From Octopus sinensis (lineage: Eukaryota), in the NCBI RefSeq assembly GCF_006345805.1, contig NC_043012.1:22506001-22570000 (forward strand): a stretch of DNA of 64,000 nucleotides, written 5' to 3'. Below the pieces are notes generated by a model. It saw only the letters and a list, made by a program, of their open reading frames with translations, did no database searches and was not told the origin of the DNA. This document shows positions 51,527 through 63,299 of the stretch, piece after piece. The translations under genes were made by a program, and so were the position numbers. The stretch's first letter is position 1. Each line of letters opens with the position of its first letter.

Positions 51527-51826
51527 AAGATTCTGAAAAGTTCTATAGAATATCAAACTAAAAATACAAATATATGGAACACCTTTTTAGAACACAAGAC
51601 TGAACAGACAGAACTAGAAATGCGTACAAAAATTCAACCAAAGAATGGGTAAATAAAAAAAGTATATAAACAAAAATAAAGACAACAAAAAAAAGAAAAA
51701 TAAAATATAAAGACAAAAAACTGAGGGGACATGCTTTTCCAGGAAAATGCGAAATGAAATGCCACACACACACACCATATACGACATACATATATACGTA
51801 TATATATATATATGTATGTATATATG

Positions 51827-51891
<65 letters not shown>

Positions 51892-52805
51892 GAGAGAAGA
51901 GAGAGAGATAATACATATGACAACACATAACACATACTAGCGTACACACACACGTGTGTGTAGAGTGTTATGTATATATAATATATATATAGATACCTAC
52001 TAGCTATATTTATGTACACATACACATATATGTATGTGGATATGTATATAGATATATAATATACAGATGCATATAGACATATGTGGATACATATGCACAC
52101 ACACACATATATATATATATATACACACACACAATATATATAGATACATATATATTCATGCATGCATACATAAATACACACACAAACACATTCACATACG
52201 TAGCTATTTATACATATATATGTACACACATGTATACATTTACATACGTGTATATACCTACATATATATACATACATGTACATTAATATTTGTGTGTGTG
52301 TGTGTGTGTTGTGTGTGCGTGTGTATTAAATGGACACAGAAGAGAAGAAATATAGCATTTGAAAAAGGCGTAAATTATGGAGAGAGAAAAAAAAATGCTG
52401 TTTGGGGAAAGGTTTGTTGTTTTTTTTTGGTTCTTGGTTATTGTTGTTGTTGTTATTGTGCAACCTGATAATACAGCTGATTTAGTGTGAGAGACAACAG
52501 AAAATTAAAGAGTTCTAAAGCACAGAATGAATGTTTTTGCCGGTTTGGCCCAGCTATGCTTGCCTTCTACTGAGGCAGACAGGCATAAAGCTTATGAATG
52601 AAAATTTTATGAAAACAAATTCATCTTTTTACAGAAATGGAATGCTGTGGAAGAAACGGAGATAACAAATAAATGAATTTATAAAAGGATATATAGATAA
52701 ATGAATCTATCTATTCATTCCTACATGTATATACATACATGCATGTATATATATATATAATATATATATATATATATTATAGATATATGTACATTATGTG
52801 TGATG

Positions 52806-52849
<44 letters not shown>

Positions 52850-53014
52850 TATATGTATGTATGTATATATATATATATACACACACATGCACACAACGTG
52901 TTTATTCATTTGAGAAAATGCACACGAATACATATTTTCTGATAATCAAATAATCAATATTTAAACATTCTCACATATACATAATTATATGTATGCTCAA
53001 ATGTGCATATGCAA

Positions 53015-53047
<33 letters not shown>

Positions 53048-53228
53048 CGCACACAAACACAATCAGAGGTGGGTATATGAGCATGAACAAAGGCCGTGCA
53101 AGTTTGGAAAATTGACACAAAACTATTTAGCCTGATTCTTGAGTGTTCATATAAAAGAAAAAAAAAAAAAACGAGAAGAAAAAAATGTGTATATCTGTGT
53201 GTAAATGTGATTTAGAGTGTGGAAGATA

Positions 53229-53260
<32 letters not shown>

Positions 53261-53476
53261 ATTGTACTTACACATATGTGAATATATACACACACACATA
53301 CCTCCATATACACACGCACAAGACAGAACAGAAAGCAAAGAGACTGCTGTAGGTCTGCATTGGTAAAACTTATATTGTGTAGTAAAATGAACAAAAAAGT
53401 GCTCCACAACAAACTCACTCTTAGCTGCTTTTTTAGCGTCTGTCTGTCTATTTATCTATCTATCTATCTATCTATC

Positions 53477-53681
53477 TTTTACTCTTTTACTTGTCTCAGT
53501 CATTTGATGGCGGCCATGCTGGAGCACCGCCTGTAGTCGAGCAAATCGACCCCGGGATTTATTCTTTGTAAGCCTAGTACTTATTCTATCGGTCTCTTTT
53601 GCCGAACCGCTAAGTTACGGGGATGTAAACACCCCAGCATCGGTTGTCAAGCGATGTTGGGGGGACAAACACAGACACACA

Positions 53682-53723
<42 letters not shown>

Positions 53724-53888
53724 TATGACGGGCTTCTTTCAGTTTCCGTCTTCCAAATCCACTCACAAGGCTTTGGTCGGCCCGAGGCTATGGTAGAAGA
53801 CACTTACCCAAAGTGCCACGCAGTGGGACTGAACCCGAAACCATGTGGTTGGTAAGCAAGCTACTTACCACACAGCCACTCATGCGCC
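53477..53888 (-). mobile_element. SINE family A, full-length
   Basis: Follows (TCTA)n; complete 3' module, (TA)n linker and head. Confidence 0.9.
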
Positions 53889-54046
53889 TATCTATATAAT
53901 ATATATACATACACATGCATATATATATATATATGTGTGTGCGCGCACGCGTGCCACTATCCTATATTTATACTTTAACCTGATGGTGTTTTGTTTTACT
54001 AGGAAGCAATACCACTGTATTGCATTATTTAATAATTTTTTCTTAG

Positions 54047-54139
54047 AAAACTTTTTCACTGTTCTCAGTCTGTTAACGGCCAGGGGTTCAGACGAGTATA
54101 TACTGGCATTGATGTAGCGACATTTGAGATTTTGTCTAG
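54047..54139 (+). CDS. Candidate internal exon, phase 2-2: KLFHCSQSVNGQGFRRVYTGIDVATFEILS
   Basis: ttttttcttag|A...CTAG|gtgaat, 93 bp, open. An alternative acceptor lies at 54069. Confidence 0.25.
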
Positions 54140-54237
54140 GTGAATGTAGCCGATGAGAACTAATCAAATTTTTGTTAAGAAACGTAAATTGGAAAGTTCA
54201 AAACCTAGGTCCTAGATTGTCCACATCTGGGTTGTAT

Positions 54238-54650
54238 ACTCTTACTGTTTTTACTCTTTTACTTGTTTCAGTCATTTGACTGTGGCCATGCTGGAGCACC
54301 GCCTTTAGTCGAGCAAATCGACCCCGGGACTTATTCTTTGTAAGCCCAGTACTTATTCTATCGGTCTCTTTTTGCCGAACCGCAAAGTGACGGGGACGTA
54401 AACACACCAGCATCGGTTGTCAAGCAATGCTAGGGGGATAAACACAGACACACAAGCACACACACATACATATATATATATATATACATATATACGACAG
54501 GCTTCTTTCAGTTTCCGTTTACCAAATCCACTCACAAGGTATTGGTTGGCCCGAGGCTATAGCAGAAGACACTTGCCCAAGGTGCCACGCAGTGGGACTG
54601 AACCCGGAACCATGTGGTTGGTTAGCAAGCTACTTACCACACAGCCACTC
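54238..54650 (-). mobile_element. SINE family A, full-length
   Basis: Complete copy about 350 bp downstream of the previous one, same orientation. Confidence 0.9.
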
Positions 54651-54811
54651 ATAATGTTCTTCCTACAAGTAAGATGAAATTTTTTATGTTCGCCGTCCGT
54701 AAACATTTTTGCCAGTATATATATATATACACATAGTGAAATTTTACTATAGTGTCATTTCCAGTAAATATTGGTGCATTGTTGTACCACTATCCTATAT
54801 ATATATATATC

Positions 54812-55057
54812 TGGCACCTGTGCCAGTGGCATGTGTAAAAAGATTCAAGCGAGGTCATTGCCAGCATCACCTGACTGGTCCTCGTGCCAGTGGCACGTAA
54901 AATCACTCACTACACTCTTGGAGTGGTTGGCATTAGGAAGGGCATCCAGCTGTAGAAACTCTGCCAGATCAAGACTGGAGCCTGGTGCAGCCATCTGGTT
55001 TGCCAGCCGTCAGTCAAACCGTCCAACCCATGCTAGCATGGAAAGTGGACGTTAAAC

Positions 55058-55090
<33 letters not shown>
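54812..55090 (+). mobile_element. RTE 3'UTR end
   Basis: ctggcacctgtgccagtggc units, ggaagggcatccagctgtagaaac and a long (gat)n tail. Confidence 0.85.
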
Positions 55091-55098
55091 ATATATAT

Positions 55099-55134
<36 letters not shown>

Positions 55135-55578
55135 ATATACACACATATACAGAATATACATGCATATATATATATATATATATAATTAGTGAATGGAAAA
55201 AATGAATGTATATATATATATACATATATTTACACACAGACATACACACAATATCCACACATATATGGATTAACTTTAGATGGAATATGTATTTAAATAT
55301 TTAAATATACAAACAGTTAATTGTAAAATTCTAACTAAAGAACTGATTATGGAAATTATGTGAATTATATGGAAAAAACAAAACAAACTACTTTACTTAC
55401 TAGTTAATTAGTTCATATCATAAAAAATCCACAGGTTCCTGATGTATACACACACACACACACACACACATGAGAGAAGGAAACACTGTTTACTTACAAT
55501 TCATAAACCTGAATGTGATCGGATCCATGTATCCTCTAAGATGCATCATTTATCCAAAATGTTATAATAATAATAATA

Positions 55579-55782
55579 ATATTGTTATATTTCGGAATGG
55601 TCATTTTGCCAGTTTAGCCAATAAAAACCCACACACTATATATTTGGTGTTATTTTGCTTCAGTGTTATTTATTTTTTACATTAATCTTAATCTTATTTT
55701 GGCCAAAATACCACCAAATATATAGTGTGTGTGTTTTTATTGGCTAAACTGGCAAAATGACCATTCCGAAATATAACAATAT
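55579..55782. repeat. Near-perfect 204-bp inverted repeat (71-bp arms)
   Basis: 55579-55649 versus 55712-55782: 70/71 complementary, with a 62-bp spacer. Confidence 0.95.
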
Positions 55783-55847
55783 CTGTTTCAACACACGAAT
55801 TCACATAAAAAATCTTGCACAACAAATATATAAACGTAATAATAATA

Positions 55848-56062
55848 ATCTTTTCTACTTTAGGCACAAGGCCTGAAATTTTGGGGCAAGGGGGACCAGT
55901 TGATTACATGGACCCAAGAGAGCAACTGGTACTTATTTCATCAACCCTGAAAGGATGAAAGGTAAAGGTGACCTTGGCGGAATTTGAACTGAGAATGTAA
56001 AGACGGATGAAATGCTGCTCAGCGTTTTGCCCAGCATGCAAACAATTCTGCCAAATAACCAT
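55848..56062 (-). mobile_element. SINE family F
   Basis: ggtacttatttcatcaaccctgaaaggatgaaaggtaaaggtgaccttggcggaatttgaactgag. Confidence 0.75.
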
Positions 56063-56064
56063 TT

Positions 56065-56100
<36 letters not shown>

Positions 56101-56102
<2 letters not shown>

Positions 56103-56370
56103 TAGATCATCTTGTCTCGGGATGTCCTGTGCTGACACCAAACGAATACAAAAAATCACCACGATAAGGGATGAAAATATGTAAACACTACAAAATGAGC
56201 ACTTTGCTTAGAGGTATGAACATCATCCTGAGCCAGTCGTTGAAGGTAAAAACGTCACTATCCTCTGCGATTTTCCAGTCAACACTGACAGATGGCTGTG
56301 GATGACTAAAAGGGATTTAAAACTGGAAACGGAGGCCGCTAGAAATAGCAGGGATTCACTCCAGCTCGTA
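56101..56370 (+). pseudogene. R4/Dong internal fragments (zinc-knuckle region, RLE start, post-RT segment)
   Basis: IDHLVSGCPVLTPNEYK / HHDK / KICKHYK / YEHHPEPVVEGKNVTILCDFPVNTDR, then WLWMTKRDLKLETEA. Frameshifted; directly after (AAT)n. Confidence 0.8.
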
Positions 56371-56454
56371 ATATATAGAAAACTAAGCGACCATCAGTCA
56401 CTAATCTTGCAACAAGCAAAGTAGTGCACATGCGCGCGCATACACACACACACA

Positions 56455-56930
56455 CGGGATAGGCTTCTTTAGTTTCTGTCGACTAATTCCACTCAGAAGT
56501 TGTTGGTTGGCTCACAACTAAAATATAGAACTGTGTCCAACAATGTCTCCACAATGGGATCGAACCTCTAACCACATGGTTCTAAAGAGAACTTCTTTAC
56601 CACTTAGCCATGCCTGTGCATTAGAAATAAAGATAAAGATACTAAGATCAAACCCAGGCTGAAGCTATAAATTTGCAGATAAACAAAGAATCAACCAACT
56701 GGGATGTTTATCTTTTTATCATCTTTTATTTGTTTCCGTCATTGGACTGTGGCCATGCTGGGGCACAGCCTTAAAGGGTTTTAGTTGGACAAATTGACCT
56801 CACTGCTTATTTTTTTTTTAAGCCTGGTACTTATTCTATGGGTCGCTTTTAGTGAACTACTAAGCTAATGGAACATAAGCAAACAAACACCAGCTGTCAA
56901 GCAATAGCAAGGGATCAAATACAAATACAT
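56455..56930 (-). mobile_element. Two diverged SINE family A fragments
   Basis: Head-like segment at 56455-56600 and 3' module at 56725-56930. Confidence 0.6.
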
Positions 56931-57039
56931 CTTCCTCTCAACATAAATATATATATATATCATCATCATCAACATCATCGTTTAACATCCACCTTCCATG
57001 AGTTGGAATCAATATTTAGCTCAAATTTAAAGAAAGATG

Positions 57040-57200
57040 AAGACAGGTGAAGGAACAATAAACAGGTGTATTGGTTTAATGCTCAGGAAGAAAAGAAAAG
57101 TCTTTGATGTTTCAAGCCTCTGCTCTTCAACAGAAAGGGTTGAAAGAGAAAGGAATGGAGAGAGAATGAAAAAAAAAAAGAAAAATGGAGAGAGAAAAAT
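57040..57200 (-). mobile_element. Penelope-like pLTR remnant (hammerhead-bearing family, copy 3)
   Basis: Motif at 57102-57137 on minus: CUUU-CUGUUGA-A-GAGC AGAG GCUU-GAAAC-AUC-AAAG. Confidence 0.6.
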
Positions 57201-57235
57201 GTGTAGGGATTAATGGTTCAGCATAATGAAATGGC

Positions 57236-57327
<92 letters not shown>

Positions 57328-57377
57328 TATATATATTATATATATATACATACATACATACATATATACACACACAT

Positions 57378-57424
<47 letters not shown>

Positions 57425-57427
<3 letters not shown>

Positions 57428-57715
57428 CATCATCATTTAACATTTTCTATGTTGGCATGGGTTGGACAATTTGACAAGAACAGAAAAGCCAGATGGCTGT
57501 GCAAGTTCTATGTCTGCTTTGGCACAGTCTCTACAGCTGGATGCCCTTCTTAATGCCAACCACTTAAGAGGCTTCTTTCAGTTTCTGTCTACCAAATTTG
57601 CTTGCAAGGCTTTGGTCACCCTGGGAGTAGAAGAATCTTTCCCAAATGTGCCATGCTGTGGAACTGAACCTGGAGACATGTTGTTGGGAAGTAAACCATT
57701 TCTCTGCACAGCCAA
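57425..57715 (-). mobile_element. RTE tail fused to a SINE family A head
   Basis: ctacagctggatgcccttcttaatgccaaccac runs directly into ggcttctttcagtttctgtctacc. Confidence 0.7.
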
Positions 57716-58144
57716 CAATTAAATAAACATTCGTTTAATAACATCATCTACAACACATTCCCGAAAATTTTATGTATATTATTTAACTAAACATTTGACA
57801 ATAAACCTAAAGACATACATAAAACTAAATATATAAATCAGTAAATATATGAATAAATATCGAAGACAGAAGACAGACCACCTCCTGAGTGTAGTAAAAT
57901 AAGTTGAATTTACTGCTCTAGTCACAAATACATTAAAACATTTGGAACAAACCAAAGAATACTTACTAACGTTATTAAACGTAACGTTTATGTTATATAT
58001 TCTAAACATAAACTTAATCAAATGGTTGCAAACATAAATAAAGAAACTAAAAATGTGGTTATATGAAAACAATTAGATTAAATGTAAGTCTGGAGAGTTT
58101 GTTAATGCCACTGGTGTAATAAATAAATGCGATTATTTTCATAG

Positions 58145-58218
58145 ATGCTTCAAACAATATGATAGCATATGTTAAATTGAATATTTTACTAGTTTTCATT
58201 TTATCGATGCTTCGGTGA
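58145..58218 (+). CDS. Candidate short terminal exon with hydrophobic tail: (D)ASNNMIAYVKLNILLVFILSMLR*
   Basis: gattattttcatag acceptor. Small residues followed by a hydrophobic C-terminus resemble a GPI signal, but the ORF is short enough to arise by chance. Confidence 0.2.
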
Positions 58219-58739
58219 TGATATTTGACAAGAGTACAGTTTAAACATAGAATACTAAGTATGCAACCAAACTAGTTTATATTATTGCAGTTAATCCATT
58301 AATACATTGCTTTGACCAACTTCATTGTCTAAGAGTTAAGAAATAATTAAAATGAATTCTTTCTAATTTTGACACAAGGTCAGAAATTTTGCGAGTAGGA
58401 AGCAAGTAATTATAAATTTAGACAAAGAAAGATTTGTGATTGGATTGAACAGATGGAAGCTATGAAAGAAACCTATTGTATACCAACAGATGTGAGTGGC
58501 CTGGAGTAATGTAAAATGAATTGTTTTGCACAAGAACACATAGAACTGCTGGTCTGGGAATTGAAACTACAATTTTGTGATTTTGGATAACACATCCTAA
58601 CCACTAGACCATGAACATTCACTGTGTGTGTGTGTGTGTATGTGTGTGTTGGTGTGTGTGTGTGTGTTTGTGAGTGAGTTTGTTTCACCCCCATTTTCTT
58701 GTGTGTTTACAATGTGAGTTGTAAACAATGTCTTAAGGC

Positions 58740-59430
58740 TGTATCATGCACGGGGACATAGAAATAATCAGACTGAATACCTGATCGTGCGGTTGAACCA
58801 TTGGGAGTGAAGGACTCCTAGCCTTTGTTAGGGCATCCTTCTAGGAGAAGGTAACTCAGGTAACTGGGATAACTCCGACATAAAACCTGCGGCTCAGTGG
58901 TTACCGATGATGTTGACTTGTTCTTCTTTTCAGATTATGGCTGCTGTTGCTTAGTGAGTGGGATTGACTCAGTGCACAGCCTTTCCTCACTTTAAAAAAA
59001 ATCTTCTTGCACAGGCATTGCACGATAACAACATTGATTAAGCTTCGTGCAATGGTCATACTTGATAACGAGGGGGCAGCCACCACCATGTAAACAATAG
59101 CTTCGTTAAGAATGTCATTTGCCTGCAGTCCACCATGAAAGCATGTTTGGGCCTTCTGATATATCTTGATGTGTTTCACAATCTTTGTAAACAAAAGTCT
59201 CATTCATAAGGTGTCGTTCACTGCATAAACATGTCAGGGTTCTTTGTTGTTTGATAGAGTGGGAGATTATTATGTTACTTGGAAACAAATGGAGGTTGGT
59301 GACAGTAAGGGCACCCAGCCGTAGAAAACACTACTCCAAAGTATTCTTATCTAACTCATGCAAGCATGGAAGAACCAGATGTTAACCCAACAACAACAAC
59401 AACAATGATGATGATGATGATGATGATGAA
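58740..59430. mobile_element. Probable RTE-related 5'/3' remnants
   Basis: gttagggcatccttctaggagaaggtaactc resembles RTE 5'UTR motifs. The family tail gtaagggcacccagccgtagaaaac and (gat)n lie at 59300-59430. Confidence 0.4.
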
Positions 59431-59744
59431 ATGTATGTGCTTCTATAAAATTTGTAATTAGTTAAAAAGTTAAACTTCAAATAAAATTAAATTAACATTC
59501 CAGTATTTTTTATCTTTTCATTTACTTGTCACAGACATTGGACGTGGCCATGCTGGGGCATCACATTGAAGGGTTTACTTAAACATGTTGACCCATTTCT
59601 TATTTTTAAGCATGGTACTTATTCTATCAGTCTCACTTGGCTGAATTACTAAGTTACAGAGATGTAAACAAACTAACAACAGTTGTGAAATGGTGGACAA
59701 ATACAAACACAAAGGCACACACAGATATATGTATATATATATAT

Positions 59745-60077
59745 CATCATCATTTAACGTCCATTTTCCGTGCTAGCACAGGTTGGATGGTTTGACCGGG
59801 GTCTGGGAGGCCAGGGGAAGCACCAGGCTCCAGTCTGATCTGGCAATGTTTATATAGCTGGATGCCCTTCCTAATGCCAACCACTCCGCGAGTGTAGTGG
59901 GTGCTTTTTACGTGCCACCGACACAGGTGTCAGGGGAGTCTGGCATTGGCCATGATCGGTTGGTGCTTTTGACATGCCACCGGCACGGAAGCCAGTAAGG
60001 TGGCACTGGCATCGGCCATGTTCGGATGGTGTTTTTTATGTGCCACCGGCACGGAAGCCAGTTGGGGCGGCGCTGGC
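59745..60077 (-). mobile_element. RTE 3'UTR with minisatellite units
   Basis: catcatcatttaacgtcc tail and gtgctttttacgtgccaccg repeated about 3 times. Confidence 0.85.
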
Positions 60078-60139
60078 ATATATATATATATACATACATA
60101 CACATGTATATACACATATATATATATATATACACACAC

Positions 60140-60169
<30 letters not shown>

Positions 60170-60170
<1 letters not shown>

Positions 60171-60330
60171 ATGGGCTTCTTTCAGTCTCTGCCTACCTAA
60201 TCCACTCATAAAACTTTGGTTGAGCAGGGGCCACCCACAATGGAAGACACTTGCCCAAGGTGTCACACAGTGGAGCTAAACCTGAAACATGTGGTTGGGA
60301 AACGAGCCTCTTCCCATACAGCCATGCCCG
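60170..60330 (-). mobile_element. SINE family A head
   Basis: gaagacacttgcccaaggtgtcacacagtggagctaaacc. Confidence 0.75.
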
Positions 60331-61271
60331 AGTCTAAAAGAACTAAAGGGGTCACCCGAATATCATTATTTTCTTTTCCCTCAAAAATTGTACTTCTGTC
60401 AGTACCACATTTCGTTTTTCAGAGGACAACAGGTTCTCACATCTTGTCTAAGATATTACATATACAGTTGCAATATAATAAAAAAAAACATACTTTTAAT
60501 AAAGACTACAATACTCTGCTGGGACAAGCATTTAACACATTAATGAGACAACCAGTGTAGCTTAGCAGTCATATAAAAAGTAATATAACAGAAAGATATA
60601 TTATATAAGAGTTCTAGTAATTGTTTACAGTAACAAAATCATAAATATTGTTGCTAGGCCATATTGTTTACTAAAGGAATGAAAATTAACATTGATTTTA
60701 AAACCCTTTTGTTACTATTCTTCAGCTAAAATACACTGCCTTGGTTTCAAATATTTCTGAAAATAATGTTGTACAATAACTTTGACATTATCGAGATGGT
60801 GTTTGGAACATAAAACATGAAATCTATATGAAAGGTTTTGATTTCTAATGGTAAGTTTTTAACATGGATCTTGGGCAAATTACCCAGGATGGTAATTACC
60901 CAGGATGGGCTGATATAAGAAAGATTAAGGTGTTTTGTTTTCTGTTTGCTTTGGTAGGATGGTAGTGTATTTGTCATATTCACAGCAACTGTAGGTTCAA
61001 ATCGCACAGGCAGTCGTCAGCATTTTGATATCGGTGCATGTGTGACTGTATGGTTAAATATTTGTTTCTGAACCACATGGTTCTGAGTTCAGTTCCACTG
61101 ACCAAAGCTTTGAAAGTGGATTTGGAAGACAAAAAGTGAAAGAAGCTCAACTTAAGCCATTGTCAATAATATTCGTGTCAAAGAATAATAAATTTGTACT
61201 CTACCAAAAGTATTGAGAACTCTTTCAGTTTAACATCTTTTTATTATAACATAAAAAAAACAAAAATTGAA

Positions 61272-61312
<41 letters not shown>

Positions 61313-61315
<3 letters not shown>

Positions 61316-61431
61316 GGTGCAAAAGGTATTTGAGGACAGATTTATGTTTATAAAAAAAAAACCAGATATATAATAACAGATAATAACTTTATCAAAAAAT
61401 GCTATGAAGATAAAGATAAACCTTCTTTTCT
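61313..61431 (-). mobile_element. Truncated terminus of the same maT element as 36059-37282
   Basis: TA|cagggtgcaaaaggtatttgaggacagatttatgtttataaaa...gataaaccttctt matches 36059-36175. Confidence 0.85.
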
Positions 61432-61659
61432 ATAATGTGTGGTTCAGTGGTTAAAAATCTTGCTTCCCAATCCTGTGGTCTCAGGTTCAATCCGTCCAGA
61501 TAGGCATTTTGGGCCAGTGTCTTCAACTATAAACCTGGCTGATCAGCGCCTTTTGAGCAGATTTAGTAGTCGGAAACTGAAACAAGCTTCCAGCATGGAA
61601 CATGGAGGTTAAATGATGATGTGTATATATATATATTGTATATATGTATTTTTTTATTC

Positions 61660-62065
61660 TTTATTCTTTTATTTGTTTTAATCATCTGGCTGTGGCTATG
61701 CTGGAGCACTGCCTTTAGTCAATGAAATCGAACAAGGACTTATTCTTCGTAAGCCTTGTATTTTTTCTATTGGTCTCTTTTGCCGAACAACTAAGTTATG
61801 GTGATGTAAACACACTAAAATAAGCTGTAAAATGATGGTGTGGGACAAAGTCACACACACAAACAAATATATACATACTCACACACACACACATAAATAT
61901 ATACACACACATGATAGGCTTCTTTCAGTTTCCGTCTACCAAATCCACTCACAAGGTTTGGTCAGCTTGAGGTTATAGCAGAAGACACTTGCCCAATGTG
62001 CCATGCAGTGGGACTGAACCAGGAACCAAGTGGTTGGGAAGCAAGCTTCTTACCACACAGCCACA
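61660..62065 (-). mobile_element. SINE family A, full-length diverged
   Basis: 3' module, linker and head present. Plus-strand head fragments lie at ~61060-61150 and ~61430-61580. Confidence 0.8.
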
Positions 62066-63144
62066 TGTATATGTATGTATGTATGATTCATGTGTGTGTG
62101 TGTGTAAGTGTATACCTTTGTCCTGGCATAATGTAGTGGTTGTAAACAAACCTCACCAACATACAAATGGTGTTGTTCAGTCTTCCATAGAAAAACATGT
62201 CAAACCATAGAAAATCTGCCTCAAAAAAATTCTGTCTGACTGATGCAAGCATGGAAAAGTGGACGATAAATAATGATGGATGATGATAATGTTTTGAATT
62301 CAGATTTGTTAAAAAGATTTGGTTCATTTTCTTGCTATCATTAAAGCAGAAGTACAACCTGTTTGTCAGTCATGTAGACTGATACTGAGAGAGTTGTGTG
62401 CCTTAACAACACAGGGGCACCAAACTGGCTGCAGTAAAATCTCAATGTAAAAATCATTGCACCTTAACCTCACAAATATTGTATCTGAACATAATATGTA
62501 AATAAATTTAGTGTTAAATGGGACCAATTAAATTTGTTTCATCGTTAGAAAGTGATTGATCTAAAGAGTCTATAATATCAACATTTAATAGCTTCAGTGA
62601 TGTGTACAATATTTAATATTTTTAATTGTAATGGATGCGACAACCAAATATATTGCAACATCTAGAGCTGTTGTGTAGCAGTAAGTGATATTTAGTTGAG
62701 TAGGCTTGTGGTTTAGGAGTGGTTTGTAGTTAGTAATAGTAACTCGACTGTTTAATTAGCTGCTTTGTAATTATTCTAATATATTAACTGGGATTTATTT
62801 TATTGAACCTGAAGGGTGGAAAGGCTAAATCACCCATAATAAGATTTGGACACAGAACAGTAAGTTTCTGGGTAGCAAGATTGTTATTTTCTTACCACAG
62901 ACCAGACAGTGTTCTACTATTAAATTCAATTTTATGTCAAAGATTTTGTAGTTCTGAAGATGGTAAATAGGTTGTTACAGCAACAAGAAGACTACCAAGG
63001 CTTATTTCTTCTGGCTTTCTTTAAACTGAGTTCAAATCCTGCTGAAGCTAGTTTTGCCTCTCATCCTTTGGGAGTTGATAACTAAAACAGCTGCTCAGAA
63101 GTTGGATTAAAAGAAATGTCAGGACATCAGCCTAGATGCTTTGT

Positions 63145-63292
63145 AATCATCATCATCATCATCGTTTCGCATCCGCTTTCCATGGTAGCATGGGTTGGAC
63201 GGTTCAACTGGGGTCTGGGAAGCCAGAAGGCTGCACCAGGCCCAGTCTGATCTGGCAATGTTTCTACAGCTTGATGCCCTTCCTAACGCCAA
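63145..63292 (-). mobile_element. RTE 3'UTR end
   Basis: catcatcatcgtttcgcatccgctttccatggtagcatgggttggacgg...gatgcccttcctaacgcc. Confidence 0.85.
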
Positions 63293-63299
63293 AATATCT

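Noticed and set aside
58790-58870. Possible HDV-like ribozyme in an RTE 5'-like segment
   Set aside because: Only a P3-like hairpin (aagg/cctt) is visible. I could not build P1 and P2 by eye.
155-62210. Dozens of ORFs rich in YI/HT/CV dipeptides or poly-T/N/I/L/F runs in the ORF track
   Set aside because: They are translations of (TA)n, (CA)n and trinucleotide arrays that lack stop codons, not genes.
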